A DNA stretch of 64,000 nucleotides. Origin: Penicillus capitatus (taxonomy: Eukaryota > Plantae > Chlorophyta). A program made the translations under genes and the position numbers. Below the pieces are notes generated by a model. That model was not told the origin of the DNA and did no database searches. It was given only the letters and a program-made list of their open reading frames with translations. Below, piece by piece: positions 10,736-21,209 of the stretch; within the stretch, counting starts at the first letter, position 1, and every line of letters starts with the position of its first letter. Location of the stretch: contig OZ287695.1 of the NCBI GenBank assembly GCA_965649825.1, forward strand, positions 682,001-746,000, read 5' to 3'.

Positions 10736-11759
10736 AGCTGCAAAACACAAACCAGGTCAGCGATCATAACAGAATCTAGTTCCACGATGAAGCAGTAGAG
10801 ATGCAAGAGATGTGTAATTCAAGAGCAGGAAAAGGTAACCTCTTGTCAAAAAAAGGATCGGCAGTAGCGTTTCTGAGGTCGCGCCTGTTCAGCCGCCGGA
10901 GCCGGATTTGCAGAAATGCATCTGCATGAGGAATTGCGTCCATGCAGCCGGTGGAGACTTCGAAGGCGCGCGACGCGTCGAGAGCTGGTTTTGCAGAACT
11001 TACTCTTTTCCTGGAAGCGTGTAGTCGTCGTAGGTGAATCGAGTAAAATCCATTATCACCGGCAATGTTCACAGAAAAAGCAGCGACGTCCACAGAAGAA
11101 GCAGCCGAAGGGTTCAGAACGCAAATGCGCGACGGATATGAAGACAGGGCTGTCAAATGCCGCGGCGGTTGCGGTTTGACGGCCTGGGGCATGCGTTAGC
11201 ACTATCCGCAGCGATTACGCGAGGATCGCATGAGCCAACGGATAGAGGAGCTGTCCGTCGGAGGGCCACAGGAACGCACATTCCTTCTGCGAATCGAACG
11301 AGACGAACGAGATGCATTCGAAGACTCTACAGCGTTTACAGCAAAGTATTATTCTGTTTGTCCATGACACTTTCCTTTAAGAGTCACTCGCAGTGCATGC
11401 ACTAACCGATTTGAAGCATGCAACGCAGAACAGTTGCTCATTATTGTAACTACTTTCAGCCGAGAGTCGAGAGAGATATTCGATGACGACGACGACCGTC
11501 CTGGGCGGCCCTGTGTTTGCCAGAGCTCAGGCAACAGATCTGTACCTAAAGCAGATATGATGACAGAAGTCAGAAATTTGCAGACTTGCTGTTTGTAATC
11601 AGCGTGTGACTGCTCTATGAGATGTACTCGTCTTTATGAGAGATTGGTGGATGGATCTGAAAGAGGTCACTGGTCTTAAAGCTCCTCGATAAGACATCCG
11701 GCGATCCTTGCTCGTTAACGAATGGTGCAACGCGTGTCTTTAGTGGTAGAAAGGCGGAT

Positions 11760-12546
11760 TCATCCATTTTTGGGCAACTGGAGTGCGCACAGACTCCATT
11801 CATAATTCTGAGATCTCCAGATGTCCTTTCCATGCCGCTCCGTGCAGAGGCGTATCCAGCCATCTGTCTGTCGGACACACTTCGGCTCCGTTGCCATGAA
11901 GCGTCGCTGCAAACAGGGTAGCGTTACTTTCATCTTGCTGACTGCTTTGTCTTTTTCAGAACAGGCCGTTCGAGTCTTTCCAATGACAACCTCCAACTCC
12001 CCATTCCAAGAGGCCTTTCAGCCAACGGGTCTTGCCCGACGATTCTCGCGCGGAGGTAAACGCGTGGTTGTCGACAAGCACCTGAAACAGCAACAATTCG
12101 ACAGCGCTCAAGGCACTTATCGTGGGGACATTCTAGGAACCAACAACACCGGAAACGCAGTTTGGTACGCTCGCTCGTATCAAAATGAAGGCTGAGAAGG
12201 GGAACCCAACTCGAGTGTCCTACCTGGGTCACTTCGGGTCCTCCATATTTCGCACAGTAGAACATCGCCGTTTCATATCACTGGTTGACCACTTCGATTT
12301 CGCTTTCATTCTCTAACAACAGCTAGAAAACAGAAAACTCAGTTGTGTGACATGACATCTCATTGAAAAGATGATGTTGCCTTGGCGCATTCGGTAGCGT
12401 TGAACCGCGCCGCCCAGTGCAGCATGAGATCGTCCAGTTCAGCATCTTTGAAGCGGGCAGAGTTGTACTTCGTATTCGGATCTGGCCCGCATCTAAAATA
12501 ACATGAGCACAGCAACGTTGTCTTTTCTCAGAACAGCCACTATTGC
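11760..12546 (-). pseudogene. Ankyrin-repeat pseudogene of the protease-ankyrin family (5'-truncated)
   Basis: Exons AIVAVLRKDN...LMLHWAARFNATECAK (frameshifted), LLLENESEIEVVNQ*YETAMFYCAKYGGPEVTQ (99 nt, internal stop) and DTPLHGAAWKGHLEISEL*. Confidence 0.75.
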
Positions 12547-12589
12547 CTACAACGGGAGAGTCACTTCTGCGTTCTCCTGCTTCGTGCGA

Positions 12590-14980
12590 ACCAACACACC
12601 GTGACATTCCCCTCTCGACATGTGTCTAGAAGTACTCTATACGCAGACGACAAGGAAATGCAAAAGGTTTTTGAAAGACGGCGAGCAACTGTATCGCCTT
12701 ACAACTGACCGAGAGGTTTTGAGTGCATGAGCGATGTATCAGCAGTCCTAAATCCAGAAAGCCAAGTCCAAGACAAAGACAAATGCCAGATGTCTATTTA
12801 TCCTATGCACAGGATGAAATTCAATTCTCTGCCTTCTATCACACTTTCCTTCTCACTAAACTCCAATCGTGGAACATGATAACAGAGTGAAAACATGTAG
12901 GAGGTGAATAATCAGATTTAGGAAGCCCCACACAGCAAAAGGACGTGTATCATTGCATCACGCCTTCCCAAATGACATCGTCTGCGATCCCTCGGCAAAT
13001 CAAGCAGAAGACCAGACGCATAAACAAAAGACAGAGTATCCACATTTGTGCGTCGAACACAGAGCAAATCCGCGATCAGTGCGTTGTCGCATATCGCAAA
13101 ACAGATGTCCTCTGGTCCTGCGCTGGAAGATGGTCAACTCAACATTTCTATTGGCATTCATGTCGTCCTTCGAGCAGAACCAGACGCAAACTACGAAGAC
13201 CGATGCGTCGAATGTGCATCGATCTTGAATTCAAAGGATAAGGGAGTACAGATTCCTTGGAAGTAAGAATCTGTTTTGTCAGTCGATAAGCTAGACGTAC
13301 GTATCTGTCGACAGATTCGCGTCTGAAAATGGAATGACCAATGAGAATGTCATCTCTCACGGTGCAGTTAAGCAGCCCTCTTGACGGAATTGTCTGAAAG
13401 CGAACGATGTGACTTTGACATCTACAGTAAACGTCCGAAATCGTGCGTGATTGTTCATTGCGTTTGTTCGCGATAATCAGCTACACACAAACGCTGAATG
13501 AGGTAGGTCATTAAAAGCCTGAATGGTTAGGTCTTTCGTCCTACGAAGATCCTTCTCATGCGACATCTCTAAGGAATAGGATCTGTGTCTCATCAACTTT
13601 TCAAGTAACAGCATATTACCGTCATATGCAACATGACGACAGAACTAAGTTAGTTAGATGAATAGATACACAACGACAGCTGTCAATCGTCATATCGTCG
13701 GAGGCGATGACGGTATGAAACACCGTTTCAGCATGAGAAAGAAAAGAGGAAGGAGGATAGCGATCCCCCACACAGGAACAACATATGGCCATGCACGTTC
13801 ACCTCCCCAGATAACAACAGCAGCAATCCATGGCAACCCAAGGACAAGACCACATGGATAGGCAGCGAAAGCCTTGTACTCGCTAAAGAAGAGTGCAAGT
13901 CCACCAATCCATCCGCCAATGGTAAGTAAAAACAGTCCGATTCCACCAGCGACAAATACACCAATCCAGAAATGGCACCACGCACCGTGCTTCGAGCATC
14001 GAACGAGTCCACGCTCCACACATCGCCACACTTCACAGAAACGATCTCCTCTGTCCATACACTGACAGACGGATGATTCGACTTCCTTGTCCGAAGTGAT
14101 GTCTCCTTTCCAGCGAAAGCAGAACTCTCCGCTCTCGTCCTCCTTCAAGCAGCGGTACTCCTCATATTCCGCTGCCCCGTCTGTGCCTGTCTCGACACAG
14201 CTCCACACCTCACAGTGCGTTTCGTTCGAGGATGGCTTGTCGCAGACGCACGTTGTCACTTCGCCGTGGATGGTGTCCTCGCAATCTCCATTGCAGTGGC
14301 TGTCGAATCCAATTTCTATTTGGCTGCACGTCCACATTGGACAGTACGTGCCGGTCGTCTCTCGGCAAAAACACCTTCCTTGTTCAGCTTCTCCGCCGCC
14401 CGCTTCTCGCGTCAACCACTTTGTGCAAAATGCCTCGTTGTCTTCGAGGCAGCGATAGAATTCGCGTTCTTCGTCTCTGACGTCCTTGTAGAGACCTCCT
14501 CGGTATCTCCCCGACTCGGTTCGGTAACCCGTCTGGCGTTTCAACCGCGGCCAGCTGGAAATGTCCGACTCGTATTCGAACTGCGCTCTGCCTTGATGTG
14601 ACAAGGCACTGTACATAACAATCAGCAGCAGCGCCTGCAAAGTTCGTCGACGTCGCATCATGGAAGAAAACAAGGCTTCGGTTCCTGACACTCAAAACTC
14701 GTTTCCGCTGACGAACACAGTTCCCAGTCAATTTATCTTCTGCTTCAGTGTGAGATTCCTACGAACCATAGAATCGTCATTGTACAGAGCTATTGTCAAC
14801 TTTTTGAAGAACGCTGCCTTGAAGCCGACGATGTGACCTCTGCCTCGTTGCATCATGGAATCGCCGAAGGGTCGAGTCGTCGTGTGCCATTCGCCTTCAC
14901 CTGTGCTCGAGGATCTCCACTTCCGCGTACGAGGCAGGCCGCGGCTACATCCGACGAATCCCCTCTGACGCCGAACGCGG
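12590..14980. repeat. Inverted duplication, arm A (~2.4 kb)
   Basis: Reverse complement aligns to ~38410-40800, covering the Cys-rich gene, near-identical downstream DNA and a remnant of another family member. Ends are approximate. Confidence 0.88.
13690..14658 (-). CDS. Cys/Trp-rich predicted membrane protein (signal peptide, five C-x6-10-C-x2-W modules, ~3 C-terminal hydrophobic segments), member 1
   Basis: Intronless ORF; ATG conserved with the 38734 paralog; hydrophobic N-terminus; motifs FCTKW, YCPMWTC, HCEVWSC, FCFRW, FCEVWRC; hydrophobic C-terminus. Confidence 0.85.
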   Translation of the reverse strand: MRRRRTLQALLLIVMYSALSHQGRAQFEYESDISSWPRLKRQTGYRTESGRYRGGLYKDVRDEEREFYRCLEDNEAFCTKWLTREAGGGEAEQGRCFCRETTGTYCPMWTCSQIEIGFDSHCNGDCEDTIHGEVTTCVCDKPSSNETHCEVWSCVETGTDGAAEYEEYRCLKEDESGEFCFRWKGDITSDKEVESSVCQCMDRGDRFCEVWRCVERGLVRCSKHGAWCHFWIGVFVAGGIGLFLLTIGGWIGGLALFFSEYKAFAAYPCGLVLGLPWIAAVVIWGGERAWPYVVPVWGIAILLPLFFLMLKRCFIPSSPPTI

Positions 14981-16540
14981 CATTCCGTCCTGTTCGCCGA
15001 AGGGACGGATGCCGCAGAGATGCCGGCACCCTTGTCTCTTCTACCCGTCTCACGATTCCTCGGGCGCCCGAATTGGGACTCGACTTCAGTTCGCCCCGTC
15101 TACGCCGTTGTTTTCTTTCGACACCATGCGGCAAAGATCGTTACTAGCCACTGTCCTCCATTTCGATGTGACTGCTCCTCCGATAAAACGAGCCAAATCC
15201 ATTGAACAATCTGGGTGATTTCGCGCAGGATAACGCACGGCAAATTGAGAAGGCAGTCAATTGGATTTCAAACAGTCACTGAGACCTGTATACTTCGCAA
15301 GGCAGAAATCGATATCCATGCACACAACTTCGGATTTGACGTTTCCGACTAGTCATTGACGTCGTCTAAGGAGTCTACATCGTTTTCAGGGATCTCGCAA
15401 TGAGTTTGACTGCAAGAGCTCAGAAATTGAAAGCATACTGTGTCCCGACTAAATAAAGTATCCAGTAGCTTGATGCATAAGGTCTTTTTACCATCTTGAG
15501 AATTTGGACAAAAATCCCATAATCGAGAACTTTCAGACATCTCAGAACGTACCGTGTGAATCACACCAGCAGACCTCATGCATACATCGGCAATGCGTTC
15601 TGATCCATTCTGTGTCGATCTAATGCAACAAACAGAATAGATGTGTACACGGCACCAGACACCGTTGTCTACCATGGACACCTCCATCCAGCCTCGCACA
15701 GTTCATTCTGCTGAGCAAACTTGCTGATTGGTTTCAACAAATCTGCTATCGCTCCAAGGAATTAGCGTTAAGGAAAACATTGACGAACTGCTTAGTCTCC
15801 CGAGGTACCATATATGCAGTTCTCTTCGATTTACTGCCATAGAACTTGACGTTCTCGATACCACAACGAGTCGAGTTGTGCAGATGTGGCCTTCTCCGAA
15901 TCTGCACTGCCCTCTACTTCCAATCGTCGCGAGTGAAGCAGGATGGCGAAACTTTGCGTTCGACTATTCGTCCGTCACGTCATGTACTTCATCCTTCATT
16001 TCATCGGCTTTTCTGCTTGACGCGACTCTGATGCCACACGGTTTTCTCGTGATTCGGGACTGGTTGTCGCGGTCACATCGTACGCAGCTTCTCGTAGCTG
16101 ACCAAGTTGTGGTCGAACAGCGTGTTAGTACGTTCGCGACGATATAAATACCAGTCGACCTTTCATTGTGACAACAGTCGTTACAAACACCGCCGCGACT
16201 CTGGCATAGAGGACGGATTGGCGGCAGAGCCTTCGTCTTTTGTTTCTTTGGTCAAGACGATTGGCGCGATTGTATCAACACAAGCGCGACGAGATCCTCC
16301 GTCGGCATTGCCCTACACCGAACCAATCGTTAAGGACATCCTCTTGCTTGCTTCGCCAAGTGAGGAACGATCTTAATGTCGCTGCGAACTGGTGTGTTTT
16401 CCAGGAGAAGCACCCAAGACACGTTTCCTGCTTGTTCGAAGACACGTAACAGTCTCAGTCCTTCGGCTGTTTTTTAATTGCGACAACGGTTAACAGCGTT
16501 TGGCGGTGCTTTTGTTTTCCATCCTGGTGTGCGAGAGAAA

Positions 16541-17230
16541 ATGAAGATCTTCGTCAGGAAGTTGACTGGGGGAACTCTCTTTCTCGAATGCGAGTCCAGC
16601 GACACCATTGACGATGTCAAAAACAAAATACAAGACGCGGCGGATACCCCGCACGAACAGCAGCGTCTTATCTTTGCCGGCAGACAGCTAGAAGATGGCA
16701 GAACGCTCAAGGACTATAACATTCAACAAGAGTCCACCCTCCATCTTGCTCTCAGATTGAGAGGTGGGCTTCCTTCCTTGGGATTTGAATTCGCCAGTAT
16801 GGAAAGATCTAAGTTCAATGGATTCTCAGAGAACGGGCCAGCTTACAGAGCCATTGATTATGGATTCAATCTGGAGGGTCGATGCACGAATGAGAAATGC
16901 AGAGCTTTTAAGCAATTGGCATGGAGCAGACTCGGATTCTCTCGCTCTGTTAACAAAGTCGATTCTGTTTTCGAGACAGCTGGTTTCAACATCGGCCCAT
17001 TGCTACACAATACGCCATGTCCCCTATGCAACGAGTCAATGGACCCTGATTCTATCGTGTCCTGTGGATTCTTTCAATGCCGGTATACCTATGAAGGCTA
17101 TCAGCAAGGCAAGAAGTCTGTCATCAAGGGAAAAGGGAAAACCATCGACGAAGATGGAATCGAGTACCATAATGGTATTATGGACAGCAAGCGTTGGACC
17201 TCGTTAATCATCGCAGTCGAACGTCTTTGA
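16541..17230 (+). CDS. Divergent ubiquitin fused via LRGG to a Cys-containing domain of unknown function
   Basis: [11 protein letters not shown]...LALRLRGG aligns 1:1 to 76-aa ubiquitin; the tail has [19 protein letters not shown] and CGFFQCRY. Confidence 0.9.
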   Translation: MKIFVRKLTGGTLFLECESSDTIDDVKNKIQDAADTPHEQQRLIFAGRQLEDGRTLKDYNIQQESTLHLALRLRGGLPSLGFEFASMERSKFNGFSENGPAYRAIDYGFNLEGRCTNEKCRAFKQLAWSRLGFSRSVNKVDSVFETAGFNIGPLLHNTPCPLCNESMDPDSIVSCGFFQCRYTYEGYQQGKKSVIKGKGKTIDEDGIEYHNGIMDSKRWTSLIIAVERL

Positions 17231-19136
17231 AATGTCGCCTCTCGTTTCCTGAGATAAATGTCATGTTTTCTTTTGAGAGACTGTATCTTTGAGGAGTCTC
17301 CCTGTACCAATAATAGTGCATGCAATGGCGAAGATGGCTTTGGTTTTTGTCTTTAAGGCGAGGTTTCTACCTCAAACTGGACCTGTACAGACGACTGAAT
17401 CGTTATACTGACTTCCTAGACGACTAAAGCCTACGGGTGGCTAAGACAATGGATTCTCGATCCAGTCAAAAACATGCGGTGCCAGTTTTAAGATCTTACA
17501 ATTCTAGAAACCGCTACACCAGTAAAGTTTCACCTCGCGCTTCGGAACGAAACGGCAGAAGTTCTTGCAGCTAACAACTCGATCTCGCCAAAGTGCACAA
17601 AGACTGAGTAACCGAAAGACTTATCCTTAAACAGAGCCATCGATTCGTTGCTTAAAAGCCTCCTCTTCTCGTTTCGCTAAATAGTGTCATGTCATTTCTT
17701 CCTTGCATTTTGCCATTGCCGAGTAACGTGGAGGTGTTTGTTTCGTCGAATAAACCAAGATGCGGATCGATACAAGATCCTGTTGTAGACTTAGCAGCTG
17801 GATTTACCATCGTCTCCGACAAAGAAGTATACACCCTTGAATGGTACAACTGCAGGGCGGCGCAAAGCAGCACTTAGACGATTACATGAGGCGGATCTTG
17901 TGCGGAAGTGGTCAACAGGTGCTTCGTATCGTTCTGAGGTGTCGTCGGGACATACAACCAGAGCTGCTTCAGCTTCTTAATCGGGTCGATATGGAGTGTC
18001 TGGAAGACACACAGCATGAGGATGGATAAAGGCTCATGGACCAGAGGGTGCCTTCTGATCAGGCAGTGCTCATAGACGGATGGTTGGGCGATCATTTTTG
18101 GAGAACTGCCACTGCATGCGTTCGTAGGAATTGCATTGCAGTACGACGATCACCTGTCATTGCTTCCGCCATTTCGGTCGCGTTTCAGAGAAACGGCGAT
18201 CTTTAACGCAACAGTCATCGTTTCGCGATCGGACGTGATTGGAGCGCGTCGCTCCTCCTACGATACAGTCTGCCGAGTTCGAAGGACGACTCGGACTTCG
18301 CAGTTACAGCGCTAAATTCGAATTACCTGCCTTGTCGACAATCTCTGCTGTATGAGTATTGCTGCAGTAACCGGAGTCTCTCACAAGTTAGCTGCGTGTC
18401 ATGGCAGAGATCTAAGACACGTGGCAGCCCTATTTGCACCTAAATTATAAAACCTCCTTCGATTGTTCGGTATCCATTCTTGGCTCGACGAGATTTGAAG
18501 AATGATTGATGTCTTGCATAGCAGCTTTCTATCTTTTTTCCTTTATGCGTTAAAACATCGCAAAATTGACGGCTGTGTGATCATTGGCCTTCAAGATAAT
18601 TCGTTCCTGTGTTTGTATGAGAAGAGATGTGGTTGACTGATAGATCATGCATTCGTGCACTCAGGCTTCAAGGAACATCTGATGGGATTTGGTTGCTTGA
18701 TACCGAGACCTCTGAAAGATGCCACCAGTGTTCGCATTCTGTGTTCCGGCTACCACAGCAACTGCTATGAAGACCATATCATCGCTCTTTGTGGACTGTT
18801 CGCTGGGGGTTCCTCCCTCACCCCGTCGCCTGATCGGATGACCCAGTCACACAATGAGGAAGACTCTCGGTCCGTCGCTTGAGGCATTTGGATATGTCTC
18901 CACGACCCCTGTGCTGGCGAACCCACATCTCCAAAGCCTTTTAGATTCATGAAGCAGCAGCAGGAGAGTTAGGAATGCCTCTTCGCCGAGATCAGTGTTT
19001 GTTGGCACCTTGACGACGGTGACTGCACATGAACAACAAGCCGCGACTCATTTCAATCCGTGGAAGACAGGACAGCTGTTGTAGCATATGGACGATCCTC
19101 TTCAGTTCCTTGCCATACCTTCAAGCATGGAAGTAT

Positions 19137-19420
19137 TCATATGCTTGATGCTTGGCTGATTTTCAACTGGCGAAGAAGAGGGAGATGTCGACGGAGATGA
19201 GATGCGAGAACTTCCGCAGAGAAACGAGATCCAGCGGACCGAAGAGGCGGTTCTTGTGCGGACAGATGTCGTAGATGTTCTGATTGATGGCCTCGCTCCA
19301 GTGCTTGTTTATGAGACGTAATAAAGGACCGTCGGACTTCGACCTTCGTAATACTTTGAGGAATGGACCAGACACAGATAAGTGGAAACGGAAGAGACAC
19401 CCGATGACGTGGCACCTTCC
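19137..19420 (-). pseudogene. Possible decayed F-box/LRR-like gene (extends toward ~17900)
   Basis: LLRLINKHWSEAI resembles the F-box terminal LRLVCKxW signature, with LRR-like snippets (LKQLWL) downstream; many stops. Weak. Confidence 0.3.
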
Positions 19421-19674
19421 TGAAGAACAGGGAGTTCTGTGTGGAATGTTTGAATCATAGCACGCGAACGGTCAGTTTACACGAGGCAACCCATCAGGCT
19501 CCTTCGTCGTCATCAGTCTCGTCATCCGTTTCAGCATACGTCATCACCACGGGAGAGAACACTCATTGTCACCTCACATGTTATAACAGACCCGTAATGA
19601 ATGTCTGCTAAACGGAGTAACGAATTGCTGCCATTATCTTATCGATAGAGTTGTATTAGATCATCAAGGACGGC

Positions 19675-20587
19675 ATGCGTCACGACTTCTTTGAGCAGAA
19701 CGCGTCACGTCAAGTCGCGGAGTTCAGAATGATCCTTTGTCTTCGCGTTTCGCCTTCTGTCATCGACCAGTTCCATTCGACGCTATTTCGGCACATTCTT
19801 CCTGCGTTTCTGCACCGCGGCAATCATCCTTCTGCGTCACGAGGTGAACCGAAACCAGTTTGCATAAGTGCTCCGCAGCCGGCCTGTCTTCCGTTCGACG
19901 GCACGTGCAGATGCAGTCGCGACGGAGACGTGACTCTCGCATTCGCCGACGGTTCCTTTCTGAAAACGCAGTCCAAGTTGCTGCAACTGGCGTCTCCCAC
20001 ATTCGGCGCAATGATGACAGGCAGCTATCACAGCAGAAGAATACACATGGAGAGAACGTCTAGAGAGACATGGGTCCGTATCCTGAACTTCCTGCATCCG
20101 TCTGCTCCGCCTTTTGAATGGGACATCAATCCGTACGAAGAAACGGATCTAATCGTAAAGACACGCACTCATCGACAGGACTGAGTCTTTTGGAATTTAG
20201 GTTGACATGTTGGAACAGGCGAGGAAATTCAAGTTCGGCGCCTTGCTGTCGTTTCTGGATGATGCGATTTCCGAAAAACTATCTCTTAGTCCGTCGTCCA
20301 CGTTCAGATTCCTCTTCCTGAGCAGCAGCACCATCCAGGAAAACCAAATAGATTTTTACCACGCGGCGATCCATTTTGAGGCCGAGCTGCCCAATGTTAA
20401 CAAGCAGATGCGTCTGCATATTGCCAGACACTTGCGGAAGCTTATCACGGATTCTAACGATATTCATAAGCAAGGAGAGAAACGCATTTTGACGCATCAT
20501 CGCAATAAAGAAATCTTCAAACATGTTATCGAGAATGGAAAACCCGAATTCTTTAAGAAACTGGTGGAAGATCTGATAGAGGACTGA
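19675..20587 (+). CDS. BTB/POZ-domain protein (5' exon structure uncertain)
   Basis: GDVTLAFADGSFLKTQSKLLQLASPTFGAMMTG...WVRILNFLHP; a phase-0 intron at 20155-20200 joins to VDMLEQARKFKFGALL. Confidence 0.75.
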
Positions 20588-21141
20588 TGGTGTCTGCTCG
20601 TTATGATGGGCAACTGAAGTCAGGCAGTAAATGATATGGCAGTCCACGGGTAGACAGTGAGATGCGATACGAACTGAGGTTGTAATAATGTTTTGTAAAG
20701 ACTTAACGATGGCTCAGCAAACGGATCCTGTTTCGTCGTTCGGATTCATCACTGATTGATTTGTGCATGAAGCTCTCTCCATTACTGTTTCTTTTAATTC
20801 AGTGTTGTTCAAAGAAGAAGAAAGCGCCGGTCGGCCCTCCAACGACCGTCTGTGTTCCTGTACGCTGTTGCGTCGCTCGCAAGCGACGACGATGAATGCG
20901 ATCAGACAATCGCTGAAAGATTCCGCGGTCCCGATCGAAGAATGTTGTAAGCGCTTTTCGCATTCGACATCATCCTTGCAAGAATGCACGTTGCTAAAGG
21001 TTCCGACTGACCTTTCAGAACTTGACTGTGTTGTGCTTTCTCGATTGAACTGGTGTTTGAATTCGCGGTAGACGTAATGGCAACGATAGTCAGAGCTCGC
21101 AATTCCTTTGCAGAGAGTGTTTGATGGAGGAAAAAACAACA

Positions 21142-21187
21142 TACAGACCAGCGTTCGTTGCTACAGACCAGCGTTCGTTGCTACAGA
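21142..21187. repeat. 20-bp tandem duplication just downstream of member A
   Basis: TACAGACCAGCGTTCGTTGC twice, then TACAGA. Confidence 0.85.
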
Positions 21188-21209
21188 AGGGCCAAAGAGA
21201 TGCAGAAGT

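Larger units (their letters stand above)
1..12239 (+). repeat. Segmental duplication, copy 1 (interrupted by the LTR element)
   Basis: Positions 1-4582 and 9853-12239 align colinearly with 57193-64000. Divergence varies from low to substantial by eye. Both copies run to the window edges. Confidence 0.93.

Noticed and set aside
10033-10806. Alternative-frame ORFs over the 45-bp repeat (DKEKVEENREEDRDT, TRRRWRR, SLSVSLSSS, LLHLLLVRVP)
   Set aside because: A repeat with length divisible by 3 keeps several frames open. Only the Pro-rich minus frame has a conserved stop and conservative substitutions in the paralog.
15349-16150. Possible decayed RING-finger gene (VPCTHLFC snippet on the minus strand)
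   Set aside because: A single short motif among many stops; not enough support.
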